Below the pieces are notes generated by a model. The model searched no databases. It saw only the letters and a list, made by a program, of their open reading frames with translations, and had not been told where the DNA came from. Below are positions 56,784 to 58,626 of a stretch of 58,626 nt of DNA, piece after piece. Numbering within the stretch: the first letter of the stretch is position 1; the number at the start of each line of letters is the position of its first letter. The stretch is taken from NCBI GenBank assembly GCA_902772975.1, contig CACYCX010000116.1:1-58626 (forward strand), in the 5' to 3' direction. The translations under genes were made by a program, and so were the position numbers. This stretch comes from an uncultured Spirochaetaceae bacterium (lineage in GTDB: Bacteria; Spirochaetota; Spirochaetia; Treponematales; Treponemataceae).

Positions 56784-58256
56784 ATGGAACTTTTGTCGCC
56801 GGCCGGAAATGTCGAAAAGCTTTACTATGCCTACGCGTATGGCGCTGATGCCGCTTACATCGGACTTAAAAAATTTTCATTGCGGATTAAGGCTGATAAT
56901 TTTTACGAGGATGAATACAAGCGCGTAATTGAACTCAAGGAAAAATTTCCCGGAAAAAAATTATTCTGCGCACTCAACATTGCTTTCCACAATCGCGACA
57001 TCGATTCGTTTTTAAACAACCTTGATTATTTTAAACAGTATCCGATTGATTCGTTTATCGTTCAGGATTTGGGAATTGTTCCGATTTTACAGCGTGAATT
57101 CCCGAATGCCGCGCTTCATTTAAGTACGCAGGCAAGCTGCATTAACCGCGAGGCAGTTAAAATGTACAAGTCGCTTGGCTTTAAGCGCGTCGTGCTTGGA
57201 CGCGAAGCCGGGCTAAAGGAAATACGCGAAATAAAAGACGCCGTTCCTGATATGGAAATCGAAGTATTCGTGCACGGCGCGATGTGCATTGCGTATTCCG
57301 GCCGCTGCCTTATGAGCGCATACCTTACTAATCGCAGCGCCCAGAGCGGCTTCTGCTCTCATTCATGCCGCTGGAATTTTGATTTGATGAGCGATGCGCA
57401 TGGAATTGAGAAAGCTGCGAAGGAAATTGCAGAAAGCGGCCGTCTTGTCTTGCAGGAGCATTCGCGGCCGGGAGAATATTTCCCGGTATACGAAGGCGAT
57501 GATTTTACGGCGATTCTTTCCAGCAAAGATATCCGCATGATCGAGCATCTTGACGACATGCAGAAAGCCGGCGTCGACGCCCTCAAAATCGAAGGGCGCA
57601 TGAAAAGCATCTATTACGTCGCGCTTGTAACCCGCGCGTACCGCAAGGCAATTGACGCGCTCGAAGGCAAAATCAAATCACAAGACGCTGCTCCGTTTGT
57701 AGCGGAGCTTGATAATGTAAGCCACCGCGAATCTACGACTGGTTTTTATTACAGCGCCGCCGATGCAAATCTTACTACAACCGGAGCATCTGACAGTCCT
57801 TACGAGCTTTCTGCCACAATCGGAAAAAAGCTTACGCCTTCGGAAATGGAAGATGTTTTTACTAAGGGCACGGAATCCATAAATGCGCGGCAGAAAGAGC
57901 TTGATGCAATGCATCCGGCCGCAAGGGAAGCGCGGCTTCGTGATTACGAAAAGCATCCGGACAGAGCGCCGGGCGTACCGCATAAAAAAGACGGCTGGAA
58001 TATGTATTCATACCGGCCGCTTAATATGGTAAAAAGCGGCGACGAAATAGAATTTATTTCGCCGGGAATCGTTTCGCTTAAAAGTGAAAAGGACAGCTGG
58101 TATTTTATCGATCCGGAAACAGGCCTTAATATGGACTGGTCCTGCGACGGCCACGACTGCTGGCTTTATACAAAATATGATCTTGAAGAGGGAACGCTTG
58201 TACGGACAAAGGACAGGGATTTTGTTCCCGGGAAAATTCGCGATACAGGCCGGTAA
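56784..58256 (+). CDS. U32 family protein (TrhP-like tRNA hydroxylation)
   Basis: MELLSPAG, GADAAYIG, HLSTQ, EVFVHGAMCIAYSGRCLMS...CSHSCR, LKIEGRMKS. Confidence 0.92.
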   Translation: MELLSPAGNVEKLYYAYAYGADAAYIGLKKFSLRIKADNFYEDEYKRVIELKEKFPGKKLFCALNIAFHNRDIDSFLNNLDYFKQYPIDSFIVQDLGIVPILQREFPNAALHLSTQASCINREAVKMYKSLGFKRVVLGREAGLKEIREIKDAVPDMEIEVFVHGAMCIAYSGRCLMSAYLTNRSAQSGFCSHSCRWNFDLMSDAHGIEKAAKEIAESGRLVLQEHSRPGEYFPVYEGDDFTAILSSKDIRMIEHLDDMQKAGVDALKIEGRMKSIYYVALVTRAYRKAIDALEGKIKSQDAAPFVAELDNVSHRESTTGFYYSAADANLTTTGASDSPYELSATIGKKLTPSEMEDVFTKGTESINARQKELDAMHPAAREARLRDYEKHPDRAPGVPHKKDGWNMYSYRPLNMVKSGDEIEFISPGIVSLKSEKDSWYFIDPETGLNMDWSCDGHDCWLYTKYDLEEGTLVRTKDRDFVPGKIRDTGR

Positions 58257-58262
58257 ATCAGA

Positions 58263-58626
58263 ATGAAAAAAACAGCCGCGCTTTTTGTTTTGACAGTTGT
58301 CTTTTTTGCTTTTCAATTATTTGCAGGTGAATCAGATGACAGCTCAGAAAATTCAAAACAATTACGGCAATGGATTTCTTATTCTGTCGGAAATTATGCT
58401 GCAAAGGGTATGGAAAAAGATGCCCAGTTTGTTAATGTAATTTACGATGCGCAGTTCCTTGATGCGGAAATAAAGACTGGAGTTCAGACAACGGGCGATG
58501 CTTTTGATGCTTCAGTTTTTTCAAGATATCATCCGTTCATCTGGGAATTTTCAAAACGCTATTTAAAAATCGGATTTCAATCGCAGCTTCACTTTCAGCG
58601 TTATCAGAGCGTATATGACGAATACG
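58263..58626 (+). CDS. Exported hypothetical protein, partial (runs off the window)
   Basis: MKKTAALFVLTVVFFAFQLFA signal peptide; open frame to the window end. Confidence 0.7.
   Translation, partial: MKKTAALFVLTVVFFAFQLFAGESDDSSENSKQLRQWISYSVGNYAAKGMEKDAQFVNVIYDAQFLDAEIKTGVQTTGDAFDASVFSRYHPFIWEFSKRYLKIGFQSQLHFQRYQSVYDEY

Overview
This is a chromosomal window from an anaerobic host-associated spirochaete, most consistent with a gut or rumen Treponema. That assignment is an inference from gene content and protein style, with no database check. The left end is a more AT-rich defence block. It has a 3'-truncated RelE/HigB-like (Gp49-type) toxin, missed by the ORF track, transcribed divergently from an intact type II-C cas9-cas1-cas2 operon. 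A 7-repeat/6-spacer CRISPR array follows and is read on the minus strand. No tracrRNA anti-repeat was found in the window. Next come a secreted protein with 14-aa repeats and an orphan double-glycine-leader, Trp-rich peptide precursor. The rest is mostly housekeeping and accessory genes: an MCP, rubrerythrin, an acyl-CoA synthetase, a 2024-aa surface protein with a FlgD-Ig/T9SS-CTD-like tail, PilZ, rRNA methyltransferases, and an 8-gene glycan cluster (RffA, GT11 fucosyltransferase, Gmd). Further right are tandem 7TM-GGDEF(degenerate)-EAL proteins, a PocR hybrid kinase with a response regulator, GH42, nnr, recQ, an IMP cyclohydrolase-like gene, an M15 peptidase, hydE, tRNA-Cys, udp, metA, a catalytically degenerate HSL-family hydrolase and a U32 protein. 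Elements not shown in the ORF track include a 50-aa Rpn C-terminal (RpnS-like) ORF, a DUF1566-like gene relic, a perfect sigma28-type -10 box 6 nt before cas1, and a recurring leaderless-promoter architecture.
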